IMG/VR virus record: IMGVR_UViG_3300020198_001494
Coordinates: 31,202-95,201 of that record
DNA length: 64,000 nt
Direction: 5' to 3' (one strand)
Source of the DNA: a virus
Positions 48,036-57,537 of the stretch are shown piece after piece (within the stretch, counting starts at the first letter, position 1; every line of letters begins with the position of its first letter). A model generated the notes under the pieces. The model did no database searches. It worked only from the letters and a program-made list of their open reading frames with translations, and was not told where the DNA came from. The position numbers and the translations under genes were made by a program.

Positions 48036-48722
48036 TCACTGAAAAATTTTTGACAACGTTTTAGACATTCCTACCGGATCTTTCATAAACCAGTCATTAG
48101 GATCATGATAACCATATTTTATATTTCCTACATTAAAACCTCTTTTTTGTAATTCTTTACCCCATATGGCATTAGCTCTTTCACCATGAACATCATTGTC
48201 AAAAGCTAAAGTTATATGATCTGCAAAAAATGAAATTTTATTTAACTGACCATCAGTAAACGTTCTGGTTAAAACGGCTAAAGAATTTGGAATAAATTTT
48301 TGTATAGAGAGTAAATCAAAGATTCCTTCTACTATAACAACTTTTCCAGATTTATATATATGCTCTTCAGCCTGTTTCCACCCCCATAATATTCCAAAAT
48401 CTACTGCCTTTTCTGGAAAAAAATTAATATAATGCTTATGACTAAATGGCCTTGTTACTATAGAATTAACCTTATCAGATAAGTTATGTATAGGAAATAT
48501 TAATCTATTGGATTCAAATCTACTACTACAAAAAGTTTTATTCCACAGTATAGAATCAATAGAATCACCATCAATTCTTTGAAATCTTTTTATAAACCCT
48601 ATATCAAACTTATCCTGCTCTTCTTCAGTTACTCCACGAGATCTTAAATATATTTCTGCCTCTGTGCCGTATTTTTTCAAAAAATCTTTTACAGATTGAG
48701 TCCACGTTGTCAATTCCAACAT
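48036..48722 (-). CDS. DnaG-type primase catalytic/TOPRIM core without zinc-binding domain
   Basis: YLRSRG, RLIFPI, IVEGIFD, LAFDNDVHG and DPND. Confidence 0.85.
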   Translation of the reverse strand: MLELTTWTQSVKDFLKKYGTEAEIYLRSRGVTEEEQDKFDIGFIKRFQRIDGDSIDSILWNKTFCSSRFESNRLIFPIHNLSDKVNSIVTRPFSHKHYINFFPEKAVDFGILWGWKQAEEHIYKSGKVVIVEGIFDLLSIQKFIPNSLAVLTRTFTDGQLNKISFFADHITLAFDNDVHGERANAIWGKELQKRGFNVGNIKYGYHDPNDWFMKDPVGMSKTLSKIFQ

Positions 48723-48734
48723 ATCTAATTATAG
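48723..48734 (-). promoter_or_regulatory. Promoter motif CTATAATTAGAT (copy 2) abutting the primase ATG
   Basis: TATAAT-N5-ATG with no SD. Confidence 0.6.
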
Positions 48735-48775
48735 TAAGGATCTGGTGTCTAGATAAAAACACCAGATCCTTACTA
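48732..48775. terminator. 17-bp perfect hairpin between FN3 gene and primase
   Basis: TAGTAAGGATCTGGTGT / ACACCAGATCCTTACTA. Confidence 0.65.
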
Positions 48776-48787
48776 ATTTTTATTATT

Positions 48788-49990
48788 CTAAATCGCTACT
48801 ACCACGTTAGCGGACTTAACAACAGCAGAAACATTATCCTGCCTATCTCTAGCTGTTACTTCCGCATAATAAGTTCCTGCATCAGCAATAGCCTCACCGA
48901 CATAGGGTGATGCTATATCAAGAGCCGTAACAACAACTGTATCTGGTGGTCCTACTTTCTTGATAGAAACAGTGAAGTTTTTAATCTGATCATTATCTGC
49001 TGGGGCTGTCCAGGTAACAGTGGGTACTTTAGTATCTGCATTTACGGCCAAGGCCACATTAGTTGGATTAGCTGGGTTAGTGGTATCAATCAGAACATCT
49101 GCTGCATCACTATCTACAGAATAGATACCTCCAGTAGTAAAAGCTCTAACCTTAAAAGAGTAAGTACCTTGAGTGTTTCTAACAAGGGTTATACTTGGAT
49201 TACCATTTACCGGCATTAGAAGAATTGTATTATAGCTTAATAGGCTATTCGGTGTAGTATTAATTACATAATTTGGGTTATTAACTATACCTGATGGATA
49301 AGAAGCTGCTATCTTTATTGGCCTAAAAACACCATCTGACTCTTTTTCTAGGATTTCCCAGAAAATAACTCTCTCGGAAGCTGCTGGTCTATCCCAAGTT
49401 AATGTTACCAATCTAGTATTACCATCTCTACCAGGAGTTCCAGTAAAGTTAGCGGGCTTAGAGGGTCTACCTGTTCTATAACTAGTTTCTAGAGTTGGAT
49501 CAGAATGTACCTCTGGTACAGGTGTACCGGCTCCGGGTAATAACCCAGAGAGTGGGATATCTCTTAATACTGAATTCTCCTCAGCTACATCTGAATGAAC
49601 CACGGTAGCTGAAGTACCGAAACCTGTAACATTTAGCCTATCTTCCAAAGATTTTATTAATTTAACTAAAGATGATTGCTCTTGTAAATTAACGTGGTAA
49701 TTAACTGCTTTCTCAGCATCGGTAATACCAGCCCTAGGATTAATACTCTTTGTCATATTAGGAAGAGCATTAGCTGGGTCGGAATGATGCCCAACAGTAC
49801 GTGAAGCTGTTGGATCTGCCATAGGGCGTTGATCCATATTTGGAAGAGAATTGGAGGGGTCTGTGTGTCCCCCATCTCTTTTTGTAGCTGGAGTCTGTAA
49901 ACCTGGTTGAGCACCAGTTACTGGCCAAGTATAATAACCTGTACCGGCAAATGGATCTGAATGTTCAGCATCTTGTGGACTTAATGGCAT
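48788..49990 (-). CDS. FN3-domain virion protein with N-terminal H[ST]DP repeats
   Basis: Two FN3 domains (PSKPANF...VTLTWDRP...YSFKVRA; PANPTNV...VTWTAP...YYAEVTARD) and five H-S/T-D motifs. Confidence 0.7.
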   Translation of the reverse strand: MPLSPQDAEHSDPFAGTGYYTWPVTGAQPGLQTPATKRDGGHTDPSNSLPNMDQRPMADPTASRTVGHHSDPANALPNMTKSINPRAGITDAEKAVNYHVNLQEQSSLVKLIKSLEDRLNVTGFGTSATVVHSDVAEENSVLRDIPLSGLLPGAGTPVPEVHSDPTLETSYRTGRPSKPANFTGTPGRDGNTRLVTLTWDRPAASERVIFWEILEKESDGVFRPIKIAASYPSGIVNNPNYVINTTPNSLLSYNTILLMPVNGNPSITLVRNTQGTYSFKVRAFTTGGIYSVDSDAADVLIDTTNPANPTNVALAVNADTKVPTVTWTAPADNDQIKNFTVSIKKVGPPDTVVVTALDIASPYVGEAIADAGTYYAEVTARDRQDNVSAVVKSANVVVAI

Positions 49991-50084
49991 ATCTCACGCA
50001 TCCTCTTAATTATCTAGTACCAATACATAGGCACTACTCAAAAACAGGTGCCTAACTAGATATAAATAATAAGAAAATAAAAAA

Positions 50085-50621
50085 TTAAGAAAATAATACC
50101 TTAGAGATATCCTCCACTGACATCTCACTAGAACCATTTTTATTTCCGTTATTTTTACCACTAAGCTGTATATTTTTTGTATCTTTATATGATTTAGATT
50201 TTATAAAAAAGTTTTTAATTTTCTGAATAATTCCTATCTTAATAGTCTCTGGCCCTAAAACCCACTGTAAAATATATAAATCTCTGTACTCATGTTGCAG
50301 CAAATCTGGATCATTTAATACCTTCATATACTCATCGTATATCTGCTGTTTTTCTTTTACTGGGTTAAAATATGGACATTTATAAGAATCAGCTACTGTT
50401 TCACAAATCTTGCCTTCCCACTTTCTCGGATCATTTGAATTATACATACATAGTCCGGTAGTCTCAACTTTAACTTTACCATCAACTACAGTAGTACCAG
50501 ATTGCATGTAATTATGTGTACAGTTCCAAGGTTTAGAACTTAAATGTTTTTGAAAAAGCTTCTCTAAATGTCTACCAACAAGTTGGTCATATTTATGCTT
50601 TATTTCTATTTCACTTTTCAT
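50085..50621 (-). CDS. Hypothetical Cys-containing protein
   Basis: 178-aa ORF with four spaced Cys, preceded by the promoter motif. Confidence 0.55.
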   Translation of the reverse strand: MKSEIEIKHKYDQLVGRHLEKLFQKHLSSKPWNCTHNYMQSGTTVVDGKVKVETTGLCMYNSNDPRKWEGKICETVADSYKCPYFNPVKEKQQIYDEYMKVLNDPDLLQHEYRDLYILQWVLGPETIKIGIIQKIKNFFIKSKSYKDTKNIQLSGKNNGNKNGSSEMSVEDISKVLFS

Positions 50622-50642
50622 TTAAAAACCCATTACATACAC

Positions 50643-50654
50643 ATCTAATTATAG
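50643..50654 (-). promoter_or_regulatory. Promoter motif CTATAATTAGAT (copy 3)
   Basis: Exact 12-mer in intergenic DNA. Confidence 0.65.
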
Positions 50655-50672
50655 GAATTAATTACCACTATA

Positions 50673-51320
50673 TTAATCGTTAATTTTCATAATTAACCTA
50701 TCATTTTTTTCATCTTTATTACACTTATATCTTTTATTAGCACCTAAAGCAAATTGCTCTTGGTGTGTGACTAAAAGAATATCTAACCCCAATTGCTCAG
50801 TTATAACTCTAATAAAGTCTGCTGTTTTTTGTTGAAACTCCTCTGATACACCAGATAAAGACTCATCCAATACAACAAATCTATACAATCCTAAATTAAC
50901 TGTTAAAATTAATCTCATGATTATGCTAACAACACAGGCCATTCCGCCACCAAAATTACCATCAATAGTGGCCTTAACCCCATCTACTTCCAACATAAAA
51001 TCATAATTTAACTGGTCCCTTTTAGTAGACCTCTCTATAAAGAACTTTATACCACTATATTTATCACCAAATATAGTATTTAAACCAAAAGTAACTAACT
51101 TTTCTATCTTAGATATATTCTCAACAGACATTTTATCAAGAAGTGTCTTAAGAACCTCAGAAGTTTGCTGTAGTAATACCTGCTCTTTATTTAAATTAAA
51201 AATCTCATCCTCAATAGATTTTTTTCTGTCTAAAATCTGGTCCCTTCTTCCACTTTCTTTTACCAAATCTTTTATTAATTTATCAGACTTATTTCTTAAG
51301 CTAGATAAATCTTTTATCAT
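50673..51320 (-). CDS. Rad50/SbcC C-terminal half (signature, Walker B, H-loop)
   Basis: Coiled coil, then GNFGGG, FVVLDESL and LLVTHQ. No Walker A. Confidence 0.85.
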   Translation of the reverse strand: MIKDLSSLRNKSDKLIKDLVKESGRRDQILDRKKSIEDEIFNLNKEQVLLQQTSEVLKTLLDKMSVENISKIEKLVTFGLNTIFGDKYSGIKFFIERSTKRDQLNYDFMLEVDGVKATIDGNFGGGMACVVSIIMRLILTVNLGLYRFVVLDESLSGVSEEFQQKTADFIRVITEQLGLDILLVTHQEQFALGANKRYKCNKDEKNDRLIMKIND

Positions 51321-51607
51321 GTTGTAAGACCGTCTAACCCTTCCTGTATCTCCCTAAGTTTGTTGCCTACTTCTGCTGTCTTTTTTTCAAAATCCTCTAC
51401 TTTCTTTAGTAAATCTTTCTCTTTCTCATCCTTTATTTCTTCTAATTTTTCTGGATCAATTCCTTTTGCTCTTAATTGACTATCAATAGTGTTTAATTGC
51501 TCTTTTTTAGCTTTTAGCTGCTCCTCTTTACGTATTTTATCCTCTATATAAGATGATAAAAGCTTTTTAGCTGCTATTACTCTTTCCTCAATTGTCTGCA
51601 TTTTCAT
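51317..51607 (-). CDS. Small all-coiled-coil protein, possibly a third Rad50 segment
   Basis: Heptad-rich 96 aa, ATGA-coupled to the Rad50 C-terminal half. Confidence 0.5.
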   Translation of the reverse strand: MKMQTIEERVIAAKKLLSSYIEDKIRKEEQLKAKKEQLNTIDSQLRAKGIDPEKLEEIKDEKEKDLLKKVEDFEKKTAEVGNKLREIQEGLDGLTT

Positions 51608-51951
51608 TTCTCCTTATTTAAAATTTCCCAATTACTACCGCTAGTAACGAACTCTTTTTCACAAGCTGAGCACATTTTCAATATAATATCTAAATTACTA
51701 TTAAATCTCTGTTTAAACTTTTTAGTTGAATCTGAAATATGATCACGCATTTCACAAACATCTTCCCTAAGCTTCCAGTTATAAAATTCACTAGTACTAC
51801 CATATATAGCAAACCTACCTCTAGAATTACAATTACAACAATCTAATGGGGAGAAACTATAGTAAGATGGATGGTTTAAAAACCCACATTTTAAACATCT
51901 ATAAAGAACATCGTTCAAAAATCTAAACTCCCCAATCCCTGACCCAAACAA
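51604..51951 (-). CDS. Small zinc-finger protein
   Basis: CLKC, CCNC and CSAC. Confidence 0.55.
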   Translation of the reverse strand: MFGSGIGEFRFLNDVLYRCLKCGFLNHPSYYSFSPLDCCNCNSRGRFAIYGSTSEFYNWKLREDVCEMRDHISDSTKKFKQRFNSNLDIILKMCSACEKEFVTSGSNWEILNKEK

Positions 51952-52742
51952 TCATACCCTATATTAGACTCTCTAGTCCTTTTATTAATTAATTTATCTG
52001 TACATTCCTCTCTATACGGACAAAATCTACAAGAATCATTTGAAGGTGTAGCACCAAATACCCCATTCTCTATACCCTCAAATGATTTAATTATTTTAGA
52101 TTTCACCCCATCAAGTATATTAGGATCAACATCGTACCAATCAATATCCCCAAACCTTGTATACTGATACCCTATTTCTATTGGCCAATTACCTAACTTA
52201 GCTTTTACAATTATTACGTAATAATAAAGTTGGTCACTATCAAGAAATTTATCCCTACTCTTACCGCTTTTACCGTCTAGAATAAAAATCTTATTATTAT
52301 TCTGTGACAATAAATCTATTCTACCGTTTATTTCATTAGAACCATATGGAATCTTAGCTTTAGCTTCCGCTATAACTTTACCATCTAATAGACCTTGTTC
52401 TTTTAAGGTATTAAAACATTTAGGCATGCAATGAATAGCTAAATTTATATTCTCTGGTAGCTCATTATCACTGTCCCATATTATATACTCCCTTTCTAGA
52501 AGCTTACTGGATATAGCCTCTGTTTCTACAGGTAACCAATCGAGCCAATCTAGCTCGTGTTTTTTATACGTACCGCTCTTTATCCAGTTTTCCAAAAGTC
52601 CTGCTGTTAAATTACCAAAAAAAGCATTTTTCTTATTTTCAGGATCTTTTGGCTTTTGCCTTTTAATATATTTAAGGTGATATTTCTTAGGACAACTTAA
52701 GTAATCCTTCATACCATGAAATGATAAATTTATTCCGCTCAT
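51915..52742 (-). CDS. PD-(D/E)XK (RecB/AddB/Cas4-like) exonuclease with Fe-S cysteines
   Basis: YLSCPKKY...E...GRIDLL...ILDGKSG...QLYYY...CRFCPYREEC. Confidence 0.88.
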   Translation of the reverse strand: MSGINLSFHGMKDYLSCPKKYHLKYIKRQKPKDPENKKNAFFGNLTAGLLENWIKSGTYKKHELDWLDWLPVETEAISSKLLEREYIIWDSDNELPENINLAIHCMPKCFNTLKEQGLLDGKVIAEAKAKIPYGSNEINGRIDLLSQNNNKIFILDGKSGKSRDKFLDSDQLYYYVIIVKAKLGNWPIEIGYQYTRFGDIDWYDVDPNILDGVKSKIIKSFEGIENGVFGATPSNDSCRFCPYREECTDKLINKRTRESNIGYDCLGQGLGSLDF

Positions 52743-52751
52743 TGTTAGTAA

Positions 52752-53741
52752 TTATAGCCCACGATTTAAAAGATAATGTAAACTTCTTTCTCTAACTTCC
52801 CCAGAAATTGACATTGATCCAAGTGTATGTTTAACTACACCAGCAGCATTACTAAAAGAAATACTATCATTAGACAACCTATCACAAAATTCTCTAAAAT
52901 CAGACTCATTCTTTTTAGCTAAATCATATTTTTCTATATTAAAAACTCTTTCTGCTGGCTCTATATTTAGCTTTTTTCTTGTAGTTTTATAGGATATCTT
53001 ACCCTTTACTTTTTCTATCTCTAATAAATCTACGAATACCTCTCTTTCAGCAACGTCCTCTGTTAAAGAACCTCTAGTTAAAGAGCCAGGTTGTGAAAAC
53101 ATTTTCTCTATACCAGAACAATTTACTACTTTATAATCTGGTTTTACTGAATGGTCATGTCCTATAAGGAAATAGTCTGCATCTGTTTCTGCTAGCTCTT
53201 TATAACTCCATACATTACTACCGAAAAAATTTCCGCCCTCTGGATTACAAAAATCATGTATAACAGAAACCATAAAATCTACATTTTTTTCTTTTTTCCT
53301 ATCCTCTAAATCAAGTATACCCATACCATATGAAATACCCGATACCTTAACACACAAATCACCTGACTTATACAATACAGGGTCAATATCAACTCTTTTA
53401 AAGGCCCCTGACTCAATTAAAACGGCTAAAGGCTGGTGTTCTAATGTTTCAACTCGACCATAAACCATATCATGGTTACCAGCTACACCACAAAAATCAC
53501 ACCCTAGATCTAAAAACGTTCTAACCATTCTAGATACTAACTTATGAGGTACCTTATACGCATAAGGAACATGAAACACATCACCTGTTGTAACTATAGC
53601 AGATGCTTTACTTTTAATCGCTATATCCCTTATTTGACTAAACTTATTAAATATAGTATCCTCATAATTATCAATTCTAGACACCATTGGTTTATCAGAA
53701 AAATGTAAATCACCTACTAAAACTAAAGATATCTTACTCAT
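52752..53741 (-). CDS. Mre11/SbcD metallophosphoesterase nuclease
   Basis: GDLH, GDVFH, GNHD, GHDH and PGSL. Confidence 0.9.
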   Translation of the reverse strand: MSKISLVLVGDLHFSDKPMVSRIDNYEDTIFNKFSQIRDIAIKSKASAIVTTGDVFHVPYAYKVPHKLVSRMVRTFLDLGCDFCGVAGNHDMVYGRVETLEHQPLAVLIESGAFKRVDIDPVLYKSGDLCVKVSGISYGMGILDLEDRKKEKNVDFMVSVIHDFCNPEGGNFFGSNVWSYKELAETDADYFLIGHDHSVKPDYKVVNCSGIEKMFSQPGSLTRGSLTEDVAEREVFVDLLEIEKVKGKISYKTTRKKLNIEPAERVFNIEKYDLAKKNESDFREFCDRLSNDSISFSNAAGVVKHTLGSMSISGEVRERSLHYLLNRGL

Positions 53742-54917
53742 CTAAACTACCACTTTTTTCTTTATTTCTTGATCGCAAACAGGACAGGTATCTAAATCAC
53801 CTAACAATGAATCTAGCTCATCATGTATATCCTCTATTTTATTTTCAATACTTAATATCTCTTTGGATATACGATCTATAGATTCCAAACACTCATTTCT
53901 ATTCTTACTCATTTTTTCTACTATAGAAAATTCCTGTGTATTTGGCTCATCTGGTATAAGAACTTTAGTCAATTTATTATAAAATTTATTATACAATAAT
54001 AAATTAGACCTTTGTTTAAGTATTTGATTAATTAATTTAACCGATTTCAAAGAATCTTCCGAAAAATCTTCCGGAATTTTTATTTTTGAAATGTCAGATA
54101 ATATACCTATTGTTTTTATATTTGTATTTCTATTTTCTAAAATTGACTCTAATTTACTAACTAATGCTATTAAATTTTGATCTATCTCTTCTGGAATTTT
54201 AACATCACTAACTGATATTAAATAATTTATATCTTTATTTAAGTATTTTCTATTATTTAATAAAGTATTTAAAGAAACTAAATCATTATTACATTTTTCT
54301 ATTATATTTAAATCTAAAGTTAAAGAGTTTCCTTCATTAAAAATATCATCAAAGCTATCGTATCTAGATACCTGTTTATTTACTTTTACTAAATCATCCT
54401 GCCTAGTTTTTACTAAAGATTTTACTTCCCTTAAATCTACTAAGCAATCCTTACCAGCTAAAGAAATAATATCTAATTTTCCTAAAATAGAAAATATATC
54501 AGCAATTGTAGCACCTGATTCCCTCAAAAGAAACAGAACACTGAATTGATCAGTGCCCATTTGAGGTCTTATATTTTTTCTTCCTACCTCTATATCTACA
54601 AAACCAAAACTCTTGAGAATATCTGGAGCATCCCCTCCAACCTTATCGTAATGCTCCCCGTCTACTATATAATAGTTATCTTTAGATCCTTTAACCCACT
54701 CTATGGTATGATCTTCAAACTCAAGAATAACTTTTGAGCTACTTTTTCCTTTACGTACAAAGTCATCACCGCGCCTATTAAACAAAGCACCTTCTATTGC
54801 ACGACAAATAGCGCTCTTACCGGCATTTGATGGGCCGGTAAGAGCGGTAAACCGATCTATCTCAAAATCTACTTTTTCAATAGACTGAAAATCAGATATG
54901 TGTACCTTTATTGTCAC
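53742..54917 (-). CDS. Rad50/SbcC N-terminal half ending at the zinc hook
   Basis: ISDFQS...GPSNAGKS (Walker A), Q-loop, coiled coil, and terminal TCPVCDQ. Confidence 0.88.
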   Translation of the reverse strand: MTIKVHISDFQSIEKVDFEIDRFTALTGPSNAGKSAICRAIEGALFNRRGDDFVRKGKSSSKVILEFEDHTIEWVKGSKDNYYIVDGEHYDKVGGDAPDILKSFGFVDIEVGRKNIRPQMGTDQFSVLFLLRESGATIADIFSILGKLDIISLAGKDCLVDLREVKSLVKTRQDDLVKVNKQVSRYDSFDDIFNEGNSLTLDLNIIEKCNNDLVSLNTLLNNRKYLNKDINYLISVSDVKIPEEIDQNLIALVSKLESILENRNTNIKTIGILSDISKIKIPEDFSEDSLKSVKLINQILKQRSNLLLYNKFYNKLTKVLIPDEPNTQEFSIVEKMSKNRNECLESIDRISKEILSIENKIEDIHDELDSLLGDLDTCPVCDQEIKKKVVV

Positions 54918-56009
54918 TTATCCCTGTCCTTCCGGATCGTTTTCATCAAAATCAACGTCATCATCTGTAATCTCATCTTCTGGATTATAATCACTAGTAA
55001 CTTGATCCCACTTTAAACTAGATACTATTTCATCATACATATTTTTATTTTCTGGTTTAGCTAAATTTTTAGCAGATTCATTTAATCCTACACCAATTTT
55101 TACGCCCTCATAAGAATAGGTACTACCGGATTTACTCAGTACCCCACAACTTGAGCCAGCATCTAATACTGATAAATAGTTATCAAAGCCGTACCCATAT
55201 CTAATGTATAATTCTCCAGATCTATATGGATCAGCTACTTTATTTTTAGTATTCTTTACCTTTACTTTATTATAAACTTCTACCTGCTCATTTTTATGAG
55301 TCAAATCACTATATACTGTACCCTTCTCTTTTTTCATTAAAGTAAAATGTAGTGATATTGATTTATAGAATTTTAAAGCATTACCGCCTTTTTGTGTCTC
55401 TTGTGGACCCATTCCTGGCATAGCTGCACCAATTTTTGCCATCATTTGGTTGGTCATAAGCATTGTTACATTACTATTATTTAGTAATTTAGTAGCTTTT
55501 ACTAAAAACTTATTCATCCCACGGGCTAATGCACCAATTGTTAAAGTTTGATCTGCATCCTTTTCCCAAACCTCCTTTGGATTCATAGCTGCAACAGAAT
55601 CAACAATTATTAAATCAACTGCCTGCTCATCCATTAAAACACAAGAAAGGTCTGCCCCCTCCTCTAAGGTATTAGGCTGAAAAAGTAAAAACGACTCCGG
55701 ACTTAAATCAACACCTAATTTTCTTGCGTAATTTCTGCTTAAAGCATGTTCATAATCAAAAAATGCCACAGACAAACCTTGTCTTTGGGCACTAGAAGCT
55801 ACAGAAAGAGCTAATGTAGTTTTACCTGTACTGAAATCTCCTGTAATCTCTGTAATTCTTCCTTTTGGGATACCACCCACCCCGGTTACCTTATCGATAA
55901 TTAAAGATCCAGTTGATATAACCTCTACCGGTTTTGGTGTATCGAAGTCCTCCCTAAATATGGACTTATAATCTTTCATTATAAGAGATAAGGCCCTCTG
56001 TCTTGACAT
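54918..56009 (-). CDS. recA: RecA/UvsX recombinase
   Basis: ISTGS...GGIPKGRITEITGDFSTGKTT, FFDYEHA, IIVDSVAAM, GGNALKFY and KNKV. Confidence 0.95.
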   Translation of the reverse strand: MSRQRALSLIMKDYKSIFREDFDTPKPVEVISTGSLIIDKVTGVGGIPKGRITEITGDFSTGKTTLALSVASSAQRQGLSVAFFDYEHALSRNYARKLGVDLSPESFLLFQPNTLEEGADLSCVLMDEQAVDLIIVDSVAAMNPKEVWEKDADQTLTIGALARGMNKFLVKATKLLNNSNVTMLMTNQMMAKIGAAMPGMGPQETQKGGNALKFYKSISLHFTLMKKEKGTVYSDLTHKNEQVEVYNKVKVKNTKNKVADPYRSGELYIRYGYGFDNYLSVLDAGSSCGVLSKSGSTYSYEGVKIGVGLNESAKNLAKPENKNMYDEIVSSLKWDQVTSDYNPEDEITDDDVDFDENDPEGQG

Positions 56010-56018
56010 ATAATCCTC

Positions 56019-56648
56019 CTAAATAAATTGGTAGGCTTCCATACTGAAGTCGTAAAATGAGGTATTTTTATTATAATACATACCCTTAGGGATCTTCTTA
56101 CCGTTTAGTTTTCTAGAAAGAAACAATTCGGTTTCATAGGGGTATAAAGATAAAATAAAATTATGATCGTCTATAGTCTTTTTTAAATTTAAACCAATTA
56201 AAGCAATCCAATAGGCATCTGCCTCATCATTCCTAAGTTTGATACCTATCTTATTTATTATAGCCTGCCTTATATGCTTTTTTTCAACCTTACTTGGAGC
56301 CACGTATCCGTTTTCTCTCATCCACCCTTTTATATATGAATGTACTTGTAAAGGAGCGGGAGATACCACAAATGTTTTATTTTTTAAAAAAACATTCAGT
56401 ATAAAATTAAATAGAACATTCATTGTTTCAGATGTAAATGAACCGAATGTAGGACTCTCTAAAGAAACCACATCAGGATTATACTTTTTATAGAAATCCT
56501 CAATATTACTAGCTATGTATATAGCCCTTTTTAATAATATTTCCCCCGCATCAGTAGTAAATTTAGTGGCCTCTACAACACCATGATCTTCATTAACAAG
56601 AACAACACCAGTACCCGTCAATGACGGATCTATTCCCATTACCAACAT
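56019..56648 (-). CDS. ruvC: RuvC-like Holliday junction resolvase
   Basis: MGIDPSLTGTG, VSLE and NDEADAYWIA. Confidence 0.85.
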   Translation of the reverse strand: MLVMGIDPSLTGTGVVLVNEDHGVVEATKFTTDAGEILLKRAIYIASNIEDFYKKYNPDVVSLESPTFGSFTSETMNVLFNFILNVFLKNKTFVVSPAPLQVHSYIKGWMRENGYVAPSKVEKKHIRQAIINKIGIKLRNDEADAYWIALIGLNLKKTIDDHNFILSLYPYETELFLSRKLNGKKIPKGMYYNKNTSFYDFSMEAYQFI

Positions 56649-56657
56649 AAAAATTTA

Positions 56658-56681
56658 GAGGGATCTGTTACCAGATCCCTC
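56658..56681 (-). terminator. Hairpin/terminator after ssb-like gene
   Basis: GAGGGATCTG / CAGATCCCTC stem, then TAAATTTTT on the minus strand. Confidence 0.6.
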
Positions 56682-56693
56682 CCTCCACCAAAC

Positions 56694-57458
56694 CTAAACC
56701 GAACCAAACTCAGCTAAGATACTTGATAAATCAACACTATCACTATCTGTAGGTACTAATCCAGAAGCAATGCCCATAGCCTCATTAACCTCATCAAGTG
56801 TTCTTTCTCTACCTAAAGCCCTTTCTGCTGCTGCATATAATGATAGTGACTCTTCATATACAGCATTTTCTAGATCTTTATTTGCTCTCCAGGCAGAGTC
56901 CTTGCAAGGAGTAAAATCAAGCTGTTGAAATTGATCCTCTTTACAAGTAACTAAAATATCTCTACTAAGAAGTGGAAACTCAGCGTTCTTAGATTTAAGT
57001 GAAGTATATTTTTGCTCATTAAACACCCAGGGCTTTAAATTATAACTCATCGGAGCATTTAATTTTCCATCCTTATTAGTAGCATAGTGAGCCACAATTA
57101 CAGATATTCTAACCTTAGGTTGTCCAAATTTTTCACAGCAAACCTCTTTCTTACCTGGGGTAGATAAACAAAAGAAGTAGTTAAGACCAAATTTATCATC
57201 ATAGTGAACTCTAGCAGCCCAGGGCTTCAATTGATTAATATACTCTACACCATTTACTTTAGATCTCTCTATCTCCCCTGACTCTAGCTTCTGTTTAATG
57301 GAAGCTAGTTTATCTTTAGGGATCTCTGATAATGGTACTCTATGATAAATTAGGCCCAAACGATCTGTAACACCCTTTTTCCCTACATATTTTTCAACAT
57401 CAGTACCTTTAATGGTTTCGTCACTAAAACCATCTAAATCAATAAGAAAATCAGACAT
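56694..57458 (-). CDS. Single-stranded DNA-binding protein (gp32-like)
   Basis: H...FFCL...CC putative zinc ligands, OB-like strands and an acidic C-terminal tail; sits in the recombination block. Confidence 0.6.
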   Translation of the reverse strand: MSDFLIDLDGFSDETIKGTDVEKYVGKKGVTDRLGLIYHRVPLSEIPKDKLASIKQKLESGEIERSKVNGVEYINQLKPWAARVHYDDKFGLNYFFCLSTPGKKEVCCEKFGQPKVRISVIVAHYATNKDGKLNAPMSYNLKPWVFNEQKYTSLKSKNAEFPLLSRDILVTCKEDQFQQLDFTPCKDSAWRANKDLENAVYEESLSLYAAAERALGRERTLDEVNEAMGIASGLVPTDSDSVDLSSILAEFGSV

Positions 57459-57498
57459 TTTTACCTCTCTTGTCTATGCGTATCTACCGCTCTTTCTA

Positions 57499-57525
57499 TT
57501 AATTATAGAACCGCACCATGATCAA
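57499..57525 (-). promoter_or_regulatory. Promoter TTGATC-N12-TATAAT
   Basis: Same architecture as 48010-48033. Confidence 0.55.
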
Positions 57526-57537
57526 GTTAAAGATCAA

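Noticed and set aside
51915-52742. Cas4 as evidence of a CRISPR system
   Set aside because: No cas1, cas2 or array. The context is a recombination operon, where such nucleases are common in phages.
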